From NCBI GenBank assembly GCA_951406725.2, contig OX597818.1:3720001-3784000 (forward strand): a stretch of 64,000 nt of DNA, read 5' to 3'. A program made the position numbers and the translations under genes. This DNA comes from Octopus vulgaris (lineage: Eukaryota). Below the pieces are notes generated by a model that was not told where the DNA came from, ran no database searches, and was given only the letters and a program-made list of their open reading frames with translations. Shown piece after piece: positions 1 to 11,757 of this stretch (position 1 is the first letter of the stretch; each line of letters opens with the position of its first letter).

Positions 1-286
1 ACAATTTCGCGTTCTACATCTCCTACCACTTCCCTCTCTTGTTGACTCGTTGACAAAAACGACGACACAATATTAAATTTTGCAAATTTTGAAAGGAAGA
101 TTAATTTTCTTTTCGAGTGATTTTTGCCCCGCAAGTAAAAAAAATAACACTGTTAATCAGACTAATATGGTCTAGATTAACTTAGTCTCAAGTTATAACA
201 ATAAAATGTAACAATAACAATCTTTCTTAGAGGTAAACAAGGCACACACTTACGGAGCTCCGAAATACACGTCCAGCTCTGGCGAC

Positions 287-337
<51 letters not shown>

Positions 338-344
338 TATAATA

Positions 345-901
345 AATGCCCTGATGCAGTACCAGGCAGTGGCTCTCATGGCTTCTGATCTTAACTGATT
401 GGAAGTGTTATCATGTACATTGTTTTGTCTTGGTATAAAAGATGGGCTACAGCAAATATTCTGCTCAATACCACAGATTTGCTTGTCAGTTGTTTGACCT
501 TAACCAGTTGAGCATGTCCCTTAGTGGCTGACGATATGTGCATCTCTGATCACGAGCAGAAGTAGTGGGGGAGCATCATAGCCATGTGTTGAGAGGGATT
601 CTTTGGGGTTTGAATAATTCACCTCTGGAAACACGGGTGGTTCTTTCAACATCCTTAAACAACCCTTATTCAGGGACCTTTTGAGCGGGATGGGCTACTC
701 AACCTGAAGAAAATTCTAACTGGACCCCACCTGCAAGGTCATGTGCTGTTTATCTTGATATGAGATCACCATGTCGCGCACATATGGTTGTGATGCATGT
801 GCCTGGTGTACCTTTATCAGACAGGTAGTCATGATGGGTATATTGGGCTTCGTATATTTTACCCCAGTGTCACTTTGATGGCATGCACTGCTCTCTCACT
901 C
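345..901. repeat. ~560-bp non-coding interspersed repeat embedded in (AAT)n; diverged second copy at ~7970-8412
   Basis: (AAT)n on both sides (286-344, 902-995); colinear similarity with 7970-8412 (e.g. gattggaagtgttatc, ttctttggggtttgaataattcacctctggaaa). Confidence 0.85.
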
Positions 902-923
902 AATAATAATAATAATAATAATG

Positions 924-996
<73 letters not shown>

Positions 997-1790
997 GGAT
1001 AATAAAGCATCGTGGGCATGGCTTGATCGAGGTGATTTGAAGCGTACCACCGAAAGCTTGACCGTTGCTGCACAAGACCAGGTTCTTGCTACCAAGTCAG
1101 TGAAGTATAACATCTATAAAACTTCTGACACCCAGAAATGCAGACTCTGCGGAAAGAGTGTGGAAAATGTGACCCCCTTGGTAAGTGGACGCGAGAGCCT
1201 TGCACAAAAACAATAAAAGCACCTCCACAATAAAGTGTGCGTGTATCTTATGCCGTAAATACCAATATGAAGTAACAGAAAACTGGTATGAGCATTACTA
1301 AGTAAAGTTATGCAGGAGGATAGAAAAGTAACGATACTCTGGGACTATGGTTTTTAGACGGATCGTGTAATCGAACACCGTCAGCAGGATATTGTCATAT
1401 TGACTAAAAGAGACAAATACTGTCAGATCATTGATATAGTCATACCAAATGACATGAATGTTGTGAGTAAAGAGGTTGAGAAAATCACCAAATACTCCAA
1501 ATTGAAAGTGGAAACGGCAAGACTATGGAATGCGAGAAGGTAATGTAAAAGTGATATCAGTGGTGATCGGAGCGTTGGGCATTGCTCGTTCGAGACAAAC
1601 TTCAAGACTGCTTAAGGCAACTGGAAATCCCACGCAAGATTGGTGTCTTGCAAAAAACAGCTCATACCCTCAACTAGCCCCCCTATAGAAAACATCTTAA
1701 GGAAAGTATTGTCTCTCTGAGGTGCTTGTTGTAACTTGACAGATGACTCCGGTGCATTTTTACCTACACTGTGTTACGAAGGAATAATAA
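997..1790 (+). mobile_element. 3' fragment of Dong/R4-like RLE non-LTR retrotransposon (degenerate)
   Basis: WL..GDLKRTTESLTVAAQDQ, CRLCGKSVENV; broken frames give ILWDY..TDR and ILRKVL; ends in an aataataat tail. Confidence 0.85.
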
Positions 1791-2070
1791 TAACAATGTA
1801 CTCTCCCGTTGAAGACGAGGAGTGAGTGTTCAGCTTTTGCCGAATGTTCTGCACAAATTAGTTTATAGTGATTGAATGTATATATCGTACATTAGCTCAC
1901 TCTCTCCATCAAATGGACGTTGTCTGAACAGGTACACTGTATACCATGCTTCAAGTGTGGACGTGATCGCAGAGCAACGTGAGATGAAGTGTTTTACTCA
2001 AGAACACAACGCACCACCCGGTCTAGGAGTTGAAACCACGATCCCACAATCATGAGTACAACACCCTAAC

Positions 2071-2194
<124 letters not shown>

Positions 2195-2205
2195 TATAAT
2201 AATAA

Positions 2206-3870
2206 TTTCTTTATTGGCTACAAAGGCTCAAGACATGGAGGACAATATCGAAAGACGAGTTACAGCACACACAAAAAACTGAACAAAACAAAAAATACAA
2301 AAACAAAGCAGGTGAGGTTTACATCGATCAAAGGGAGTTACTACAACATTGAGGGGTATAACAGAAGATATATAATAGAAAGTAGAGAAATAAATAATAA
2401 ATAAATAGAATCCCCAATAACGGGGCAGTCCACTTAGGGTAATCCGGGGTAAACCCTACACAAAGTCCCGGATTACTCTGCCATCTCCAAGGCATGGGAA
2501 ATTACTCTCTTCCAGTTTCTTTTCTCTTGCTTAGAAAAGCATACTTAGAGTCGGTCCATTTGGTCTCACCAGTTTTGTCACTGTCGACCACCTTTTGATA
2601 AACACACTAGAAGGTGGCACCTTCCTCTCTATCTTCACCTTCCTCTTCAAATGATATTTGAAGAAATTGACTAGGGCTTGGCCAGAAAGGAAAGTACCTG
2701 ACTTCAACCCTTTCAGACGAGTCTACCACACAGCCTCATTTACCACAGCCACTAAGCAGAGAAAGATCTGCCTTCCTTCTCTGCTAAGAAAAGGTGGTGC
2801 GTCGATCTTCACTATACACTCGACAAATAAATTCGTCTTACACGCGACAACAGCTGCTCCACATAATCCACAACTCTCTAATGCACGGACACTGAATTAT
2901 TGCATGCAGGACGGTTTCTTCCCCGCGTAAGCATCTCGGGTAGGTTCAGCTGTTGGCACTTCCATGCTTGAAGAACTTGTCTCGAACGAGCAATGTCCCT
3001 CTGTAGCACTGTCATGCCGAAGACTTTTGGAAATTGTCTGTGATCTTCGACCAGAGGGTCCTCCGGAAGAGACTACTTAGACAGTTCTCGTTGATGGCTA
3101 GATTCAATCCTAGACCATCATCGCTCATACCCTCAACTAGCCCCCCTATAGAAAACCTTTTCCCGCTAACGGTTTTGTGCAGCTGGTACACTGCAGTGAG
3201 CATCTGGCAACATTTTAGATACTAAACGCCCATCCTTGGTTTACGTTCGACCTATGACTGCAGCTCTGTCAATGAGATGAGTTGCGGAAAAACGTGTTGC
3301 ACGAAGGATGCCCACACTAGTTTACCCTTATTTTCGTCGTCGTCGTTCACCCATTGCAGTGACTTAGATATTTCTGTCGGTGCGACAGCCTCAAAGCATG
3401 GCGCTACACATCAAGGATGGCATCCCAAGACCACCATGCAGCAAGTGTTGACAGCAGATGGATTTTCTGACCAGCGGAACCTGACCCTTCCATAAGAATC
3501 GGAAAAGCAAGCGCTCCAACCTGATCAAAGCTTTCTTAGGACAAGATACTACGGCTAGGCAGTAGTACACTATCGATGCAATATATGCACTCGCTACTTC
3601 CGCCCGACCTTTCAGAGACAGCTTCATTTCTGCCCATTTCTGGGTGAGCTTGGCCACTCTAGTCATGACTTTTTCCCAATTCCTATCTACTTGGAGATCT
3701 GGTTCGAACCAGATTCAGAGCACTTTCACATGACCCTCTGTCCAGCGACAGAAGTCGCTGCTAGTCGACTTACCTCTCCAAGAGACTGCTCAAACTGTTC
3801 TTGTCAATGCCTAGATTCAATCCTTGGCCATCATCGCTCATACCCTCAACTAACTCTCTATAAAAAAATT
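2206..3870 (-). mobile_element. 3' fragment of L1/Tx1-like LINE (degenerate, with internal duplication)
   Basis: ORF 3391-3666 (WAEMKLSLKGRAEV..RFLWKGQVPLVR) matches ORF 22264-23742; minus-strand 3' end aataaagaa followed by (ATT)n. Confidence 0.85.
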
Positions 3871-4189
3871 GGGTTCTTTTCTCGTTAAGCAAATATAAAG
3901 ATCTTGAAATAGAAATTGGCAAAATGTGGAACTTCAAGACTAGAATAATACCTGTTGTCATAGGCGCCCTAGCAATAATAGCAAAAGGGGTTGTTTCAAA
4001 TACAAGGAAATCCCAAAATGGAAGAAATTAAAAGTATAGTGCTCACAAGAACTGCTCATATCCTACGAAAAATATTGTCTATGTGATTCCAAAACATTAT
4101 CAAAAGTACTCTTAAATGTAGCAAGCACTTTTGACTATCGCGGATCTCCAGTAGAAACATCACTTAGGATAGTCTTCTCAGCAGTTGGG

Positions 4190-5440
4190 AGTGGTATGTA
4201 CTTGAATTGACAAATAGAAAATTTGTCAGATGTAGTATCCAATGAGATCAAAGCAGGCTGGTCAGCAGCAAAGCGGACAAATCTATCTCTGAAGTGGAAG
4301 ATAGGGAACAAATAGGAAGTCTGGATAAAGCATCTGCGATTGAGTTATTTATTCCGGCTACATGTGAAATATCACAAGTAAACTGCGATATGAAATCCAA
4401 CTGTCGACTTTCTCGAGGCGAATGTTTGTTGGTCTTCGATAGCAAAGCGAACGTGAGTGGCCTGTGGTCAGTGAATATGGTGAATTCAGGACCCTCTAAA
4501 AAGTGAGAAAAGAGGTACATAGCTAGAAGTTCTCTACTAAAGGTGCTGTAAAGAGTTTCAGCAGTTTTAAGTTGGCGAGATAAGATTGTCAAAGGTTGCG
4601 TCTCGATGTAATAGGATTATTGTGGAACGACACGTGCAGCAGAATCGGATGCATCGACTGAGAGTGACAGCTTAGCATTCTGTATTGGTTAGGCTAACAA
4701 AGAAACCTGTCCTAACTCATCTTTCATTGTTTCAAAAGCCTGTAGCTGTGATGGTGAAAGGGAAATAATTTCGTCTTTTTCTCTTGCAACAGTTGCGTTA
4801 GAGGAGCCAATTTCCCAGCACAATGTGGAATGAAACGCCGGTAGAAGTTTATCATTCCTAAAACTTGGCGAAGAGAAGTGTGACATCCGAAAGAAGAGGC
4901 TTTTCTGTAAGGAACTTTACCAGCCAAATTATGCAAGGTGCGCCAGTGTCTACTATGAAGAACTTTCGAGAATTAAAGTCCTCCACAAAAAGTGCACGAT
5001 TTTGAGCCTGGGAAGAGGAAGCTACTGCCGTGCTCAAGACTTCCTATACAAGTTTTCCGGATGCGGGAAAATCAAAGAGGAAAGCATTTCTGCTCGTTCT
5101 TATCGAAACGAGCATGATACCAACAATATGACAAGACAGAAAGAGAAAATGACCGACGTCTTGGAGACGATGAACGACTGGAGTAACGGCGACGTGAAGA
5201 ATGTCGCAAAGAGCACAGCTTTTTAACTTTTTTGGTAAGTTCTAATATCACATGCAACGTCGCTACTCCGTCTGACAGAGGCAAACTCGAAGCGACGACT
5301 TTATGTTCAACAGGTGCACTGTCTGAAAACTTCATTTTTTTTTATCCGCACTTGTTACCAGCTGGTGAACGTAACTGGTCTCTAACATCGATTGAACGTT
5401 CCTTGGGAGACAACAGAAGAAGAGTTGTTTGACCAGAGAA
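4190..5440 (-). mobile_element. Ty3/Gypsy LTR retrotransposon gag-pol relic
   Basis: CWYHARF..KC gag knuckle, LGMINFYRRFIP RT thumb, RNase H YSTFSRELLA..FTDHRPL..NSIADALSR; frameshifted and deleted. Confidence 0.85.
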
Positions 5441-5499
5441 CTGTCCACTGGTGAAGCAACTGTTAAATCACGTGATAATGTGGAAACTATTGTCAGGTC

Positions 5500-7470
5500 C
5501 TTTGCCAGTGAACAGTATAGATACATGGAAAAAAGTAGGCTGCTACCCACTGAACAGAAAGGGTGCCGAAAAAGGAACTGGGGAACGAAGGATCAGTTCT
5601 TAATTGATAATCTAATTATCAGAAACTGCAAGAGAAGGCATGCAAACCTGAGTATAGCATGGGTTGACTGTTGCAAAGCATACGATATGATACCACACTC
5701 CTGGATAATAAGAACAATGGAAATGTATGGAGTAGCTGAAAATATGAGAAACCTTATATGGAATAGCATGAAATGCTGGAGAACGGAAATGACAAGAAAG
5801 AAGCAAATATTAAGGGGAATCTTCCAGGGGGACAGTGTGTCCCCACTGATATTCGTGCTGGGAATGATCCCCTTTAGTGAAATACTACAGAAAACAAAGT
5901 TGGGGTATGATCCGGGAAGAAGTAAGGGAAAACTGAACCACTTTTTATTCATGGACATCCTGGAACTATTCACAAAAACTGAGGCAGAACTGGACAGCCT
6001 AGTCCAGTCTGTGAGGATTTTCTCCATGATATTAAGATGGACTCTCAAAATGTGCTACGATGGTGATGAGATGAGGGAAGCATGCCAGAACAGAAATCAT
6101 ATGGTTGTCAAGTGGTGAAATTATGAGGGCAATTTAATCCCAATTCAGTTATAAATACCAGGGAATACTTGAGGCAGATAGAATCAAACACCGCAACTTG
6201 AAAGAAAAGACAGAAAGAGAGCACCTGAAGCGAGTGAGAAAAACATTGGCTTCAAAGTTGAATGCCGGAATAAACTCAGCAATAAACTCGCGCGCAGTTG
6301 CAGTAGTTCGGTATAACTCTGGAATCCTGTGGTGGACAGGGGAGGAGCTAAAGGAAATGGACAAGAAGTCAAGAAAGCTCCTAACGATACATGGAGCCTA
6401 TCATCCACGTGCAGACACTGATCGCCTATACTTGAAAAGAGAAAATGGAGGAAGGGGACTGATAAATGTGGAAGAATGCGTGCGTATCGAATTCGAGAGC
6501 TTAATGAGATACTTAGCCCAAAGTAAGAAAACATTGCTAGTGACAGTTAGGAACTTGGGAGTACTGAGAGCAGAGAAAAAGGGAAAGCAAAGGAAGAAGT
6601 AGAAAAAAACATGAAGAAAAATTACGCAACAAGGGACTACACAATTAATACCATGTGGCCATAACAAAAGTTGCAAGAAAAAATAGGTGGGATTGACTGA
6701 AGAAAGGAACCCTAAAAAGAGACCAAGAGCACTATACTAGCAGTGCAAGACCAAGCTTTTTCCACTAACTGGAGGGTCAACCTTAAGAATAAGCAAGTTT
6801 CTCCTCTGTACTGCATCTGCAATAGAGTAGACGAAACCATTGCCTATATCATGAATGAATGCCCTAGACTTGCCCAAAACCACTACAAGTTATGGCGACA
6901 CGACTAGCTAGCGAAAGTGCCATATTGGAAACAGTGCGAAAAGTAGGGGCTAGAGAGAGGCAAGACGTGGTATGAGCACAAACTGCAGAGTGGCAGAGTC
7001 GGAGACAAGCAAAATCCTCTGGGATTTCCCAATCCAAACAGATCAGGTGCGTAACAGACCAGACCTAGTGGTGGTGGACAAGGCGCATTACATAAGCTAT
7101 ATATATAGTTGATGTTGCATGTCCCTTAGAATAGTCAAGAAGTAAGGTGAAAAGATGGATAAACACAACCCTCTTAAGTACGAAATCGCCTGACTATGGC
7201 AAGTGAAGAAGGTGAAGATAGTGCCGATCATTGTTGCCTCATTGGGAATAGTATCAGAACGTATCAAGAGGAATATAAAGGAAATTGGAATGCCCAGTAG
7301 AACTGTTACAAATAGTTTGCCGCCTTGGCACGGCCAGAATAATCAGGTAAGTATTAGACAGTTGAAAAGAAAGGATAGTATGGTACCGTAGGCTGCAGGC
7401 AGTATACCTGCTACGCATGCAAGACCCCAGGAGCTCCAACGAAACCTATGATAAAGAGAAATAATAGCTA
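5500..7470 (+). mobile_element. Degenerate Dong/R4-like RT-RLE element
   Basis: EQKGCRK, KAYDMIPHSWI, GIFQGDSVSP, FMDILELF, YHPRADTDRLY..GGRGL, KIVPIIVASLG; several stops and frameshifts. Confidence 0.9.
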
Positions 7471-7479
7471 ACACCGACG

Positions 7480-7960
7480 GAACGATCCAGATTAATCGAC
7501 CAGACATAATTATAAAAGACAGGGAAGAAAATACTTGTAGACTAATAGATGTAATTGTTCCCACTGATAAAAATATACCTGTAAAGGAATTTGACAAATT
7601 AAGGAAATATAAGGACCTGGAAACTGAAATACAAAAGATGTGGCTTTTTAAAGCAAGAATTGTTTCTGTTATTGTAGGTGCCCTAGGTAGGATTTAAAAA
7701 AAAGGGATGTCAGAAACATCTAGATAACATCCCAAGAGAACTATGTCGCAGAGAAATCCAAAAGATTGTGTTGACAAGTACCCTATCAATTTAAATGTCT
7801 GTGTTGTATTACATGAATATATTTCGCTACTGTCCCTGTCACTTCCCCTCCCAAGCTTTCAGTCTTACTGTAACACTTCTTATCCTTTACTCACACTAGG
7901 ACGCTGGGTGTGTCTTGGCAAGTGATTGTAACAAACATGCAGATTAAATAACAACAACAA
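7480..7960 (+). mobile_element. 3' fragment of another Dong/R4-like element
   Basis: NRPDIII..LIDV..KYKDLETEIQKMW read in broken frames; (AAC/AAT)n tail. Confidence 0.75.
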
Positions 7961-8425
7961 CAATAATAATGTCCTGATCTTAAATGATTGGAAGTGTTAT
8001 CCTGTACATGTTTTGTCTTAGTATAAAAGATGGGCTAAGCAAATATTCTGCTCAGTACCACAGATTTGCTTGTCAGTTGCTTGACCTTCTTTTTCCAGTT
8101 GAGCATGCCCCTTAGTGACTGATGATATGTGCATCTCTGATCACGCGCAGAAGTAGTTGGGGAGCATCATAGCCATGTGTTGAGAGAAATTCTTTGGGGT
8201 TTGAATAATTCACCTCTGGAAAAATGGGTGTTTCGTTCACCATCCTTAAACATCCCTTATTCAGCATGGGCTACTCAACTAGAGGCACATTCAAACAAGA
8301 CCCCCACCTGCAAGGTCATTCTCTGTTTATCTTGATATGACATCATCATGTCGCGCACATATGGTTGTGATGCATGTTCGTGGTATACCCTTATGAAACG
8401 GGTTGTCATGGTAGTGATGTCAGTA

Positions 8426-9509
8426 TGTGACAACCTACAATTTTACAATTGCATGCGAAAACGACAAGAAAAATAAGAACTTGTAAAACGTTCATAATAA
8501 GTCATAACATATTGATATGAACGGAAGAAAAAAATGAAGGCGAACGAAAAAAACATTATCTCTTTTTTTTCCATTAGCTGGGATCGAAACGGTGTTCCAG
8601 TTGTTCAGGTCGGTGGTATTTCCTTTGTCCTGTCAGGGAGCGCGGTTGTTTGTCGCCGTAGGCGCTTGACCTCTGGCCCTCTGCGGTCACAGAGAGTTTA
8701 AAGAAGACAAAGTTTTGCAAAGGGAAATACGCACTGTTACGTGCGGTATGCCTCTCTTTCTGACTGAGCGGCTTCATATATCCGGGTATCGCTAAGTTGC
8801 GAGGGGCTTTTGGAAGGAGAGACCGGAACTGAACGACTGGCAAGTGAGGTAGTGGGATGCTACGCTTGGGCCGAGACGTAAAAGGAAGAAAGTGTTACCG
8901 GTAAATGTGTTTTGTGTGTTTTAAAGGGAACGAACTTTGGTGTTAAATGTTTTAGGAAGGTGAAAGAGAAAACTTTGTGTTGTTAAATGTTTTAGGAAAG
9001 AAGAAAATGTTTTAGGAAAGAAGAGAAGACTTTGTGGTGTTGAATGTTCAAAAAAAAAGAGGAAAAAAAAGAGAAAAACGTGACGTTAACTGTTTGAAAA
9101 GTAAGGAAGAAAAAGGGTACTTTGTTGTCAAATGTGTTTATTTAAAAGAAAGGAAAGGAAAAAAAGAAGAACTGAGTTGTTGACTGCTTTTAAAAGAAAG
9201 GAAAAGAAAAAAGAAAAGAAAGAAGAAAAAAGACTATTAAATGTTTTGAGAAACGAACTTTGTGTTTAAAAAAAAGAAAAAGAAAAAGAACTTTGTGTTG
9301 TTAAATGTGTTTTTGTTAAGGAACTAAGGAAAGAAAAACAAGAACTTTCCAAAGAATTGTTGTTGAAAAAAAAATTTGACTACGCAACTCTTGTGTGTTA
9401 TTTTTTGTTGTTGTTGCTGTTGGCTCTACTGGCTGCGTTGCGCTGCTTCACCGCAGGCTGTTTGTGTGAGGACCCGTGGTGACATCGTAGGCCTGCGTGC
9501 GGCGTAACA
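8426..9509 (-). mobile_element. Putative solo LTR (~1.08 kb)
   Basis: TGTGAC...GTAACA termini; minus-strand TATA-like ggatatatgaag followed by tcagtc; GC-rich non-coding core; no convincing TSD. Confidence 0.4.
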
Positions 9510-9544
9510 ATATTTATTACTGGATGTAATGCGTTAACATATAA

Positions 9545-10082
9545 GAATGGTTCGAAAGAAAAGGCTTGTAACAAATTACAAAACATATAATGAAATAAAA
9601 CATAACAAGTAACTGCAGAATATGTGGAGATGGACAAGAAACAATAAATCATATTGTCTCTGGCTGACAGTCCTGTCTAAGAAGGAATATATTTACAGAC
9701 ACAATAGAGTTGAGACCTACATACACTGGAAGCTATGCCAACACTATGGAATAACAACAGAAAAAAGATGGTATAGGAACACGTCAGAAAAGGTCACAGA
9801 AAATGAGAAAATAACAATACTATGTGATATGCCAGGTAGAGAATATTATGGGATATACACAAGTAGAGAAATTAAGGCCAACACATAGCAAAAACACCAG
9901 GACTAACAAATATATATAACACAGTAAAGAGCACTACTAGGCACTGCACACATCCTACGTAAAACACTTTCTATACAGTAACCATAAGAGCATCACAGCA
10001 AACCACAGCACATACCCAAGGCACACAGGGCTGCGCTCGGTAGTGCAGTGAAAGCACATTATAAAAATAAGACCACTGAACA
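9545..10082 (+). mobile_element. 3' fragment of Dong/R4-like element
   Basis: YRHNRVETYIHWKLCQHYGI..WY..KVTENEKITIL; followed by (AAT)n. Confidence 0.8.
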
Positions 10083-10097
10083 ATAATAGTAGTAGTA

Positions 10098-10156
<59 letters not shown>

Positions 10157-10781
10157 TCTCTCTGGTCGAACACAACTTCTCTATTCACAAACAATACAGA
10201 ACAGCCCTTCCTTAATTTTTCTTAAGCCTAATAGTAGTAAACATCTGAACTTTTTTTGACCGATAGGACCCCACCTAAAAAAAAAAAAAAAAAAATATCA
10301 CTGATGGTGATGGTGATGATGGTGATGATGATAATAATGATAGTAATAGTGCTGATAATCTATCTATCTATCTACACACACACACACTCAAAGAGTTCAA
10401 CAAACATAAAGAAAGTATTATTTGACAGGCAAGAACTCTGGTGTTGAAGACAGTCAGCCAGCCAACCACCAAGCCAGCCAACGAGACAGACAGACACTAC
10501 TGTGATGGTGATAATGATAAAAAACAAAAATAACAATAATAAGATACTGCTGTGACTACACATAAAACAATACCATTGATGATGATGGTGGTGATGGTGA
10601 TGATGATAATGATGATGGTAATGGTGGTGATAATGATGATAGTGATGGTAATGGTGATGATAATAATAATAAGCCGACTACGGCTGCTATAATGGTACGA
10701 TTATAATTGTAACGGCAATGATGGCCGTCTCCCCACGAGCCAATCAAAGCTAAAAAATGATAACATTATCGTAGCACCAAA

Positions 10782-11588
10782 ATGTTTTTGGAAACTAAAA
10801 GGAAAACTAAATCAGTATACCAAATCGCTTGTCCTATGGTTAATCTGGAAGCGCGTCCCCCAGGGAAGAGCCAGCCTGGGATCGAAAAGTCATCAACTGG
10901 CACAAACTCTTCTCCGAATACGGACATGGATGGTCACTTGAACGGGAAATCCCCCAACTCGAGCCCTCCAAGTTCACCACCACAACCACCACAGAAAGAA
11001 AAATGTAAGCGGAACAAATGGACCCGAGAAGAGTATAAAGAAGTAATATACGCTTATTACTATGCATTAGGTAGGCCATCTCAAGAGAGACACACCGCAA
11101 ACTCTTACAGTATATGGAGAACACGGAATCAAGACAGTAGGCCCTATTTGGACGAGAACAAATTAGCAAATGTGAGAAGGGATATCCTTAGAAATAACAG
11201 ACTCACAGACAGTGAAATAAGCGCGATCAAGCACGCAACGGAAAATGACATAAATATAAGACACAAAGGAAATGAAGAATCAGATGAACAGTATAGCCCG
11301 CCACGAGGCTTAATTGAAAGACTGCCATCTGACCAAAGTACGCAAAGGCCTGAAGATACAAGAAATTCTATTGTACCTGTTAAAGATAGCCAGGTAAACG
11401 AAAAAACAACAGTAACTGAAGATCTCGCATTTGCTGAAGAACACAGAGAGTCTATGGCAGAAATGAGGCAGAAAATCCTGAATACGCTTGAAGTTGTAAG
11501 ACATACAAGTATGAATGATAGAGAACCACTTCATAAACTCTCAAATACAAACCAAAATAAAAACAAATCCAAATTGGCAACTACGTAA
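10782..11588 (+). CDS. N-terminal part of the Dong/R4 polyprotein (RNKWTREE..YAYY motif), frameshifted from the RT ORF
   Basis: 268-aa ORF; homologous motif RRKWTSVENR..CY in the relic at 63185-63382. Confidence 0.8.
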   Translation: MFLETKRKTKSVYQIACPMVNLEARPPGKSQPGIEKSSTGTNSSPNTDMDGHLNGKSPNSSPPSSPPQPPQKEKCKRNKWTREEYKEVIYAYYYALGRPSQERHTANSYSIWRTRNQDSRPYLDENKLANVRRDILRNNRLTDSEISAIKHATENDINIRHKGNEESDEQYSPPRGLIERLPSDQSTQRPEDTRNSIVPVKDSQVNEKTTVTEDLAFAEEHRESMAEMRQKILNTLEVVRHTSMNDREPLHKLSNTNQNKNKSKLATT

Positions 11589-11757
11589 CAAATGAAATAA
11601 TACGAGAATTAAAACTTGATTTTACTGAGTTAAATGAAATTATTTACGCTTCTGCTAGGGCAATTGAAATCAGCTGTATGCCCCCGAAAAAACAAAGAAA
11701 ACAAAACCTGGGAAGAAATCAAACCTGGGAAGTAAAATTGAAAAAGAGATTGAATTT

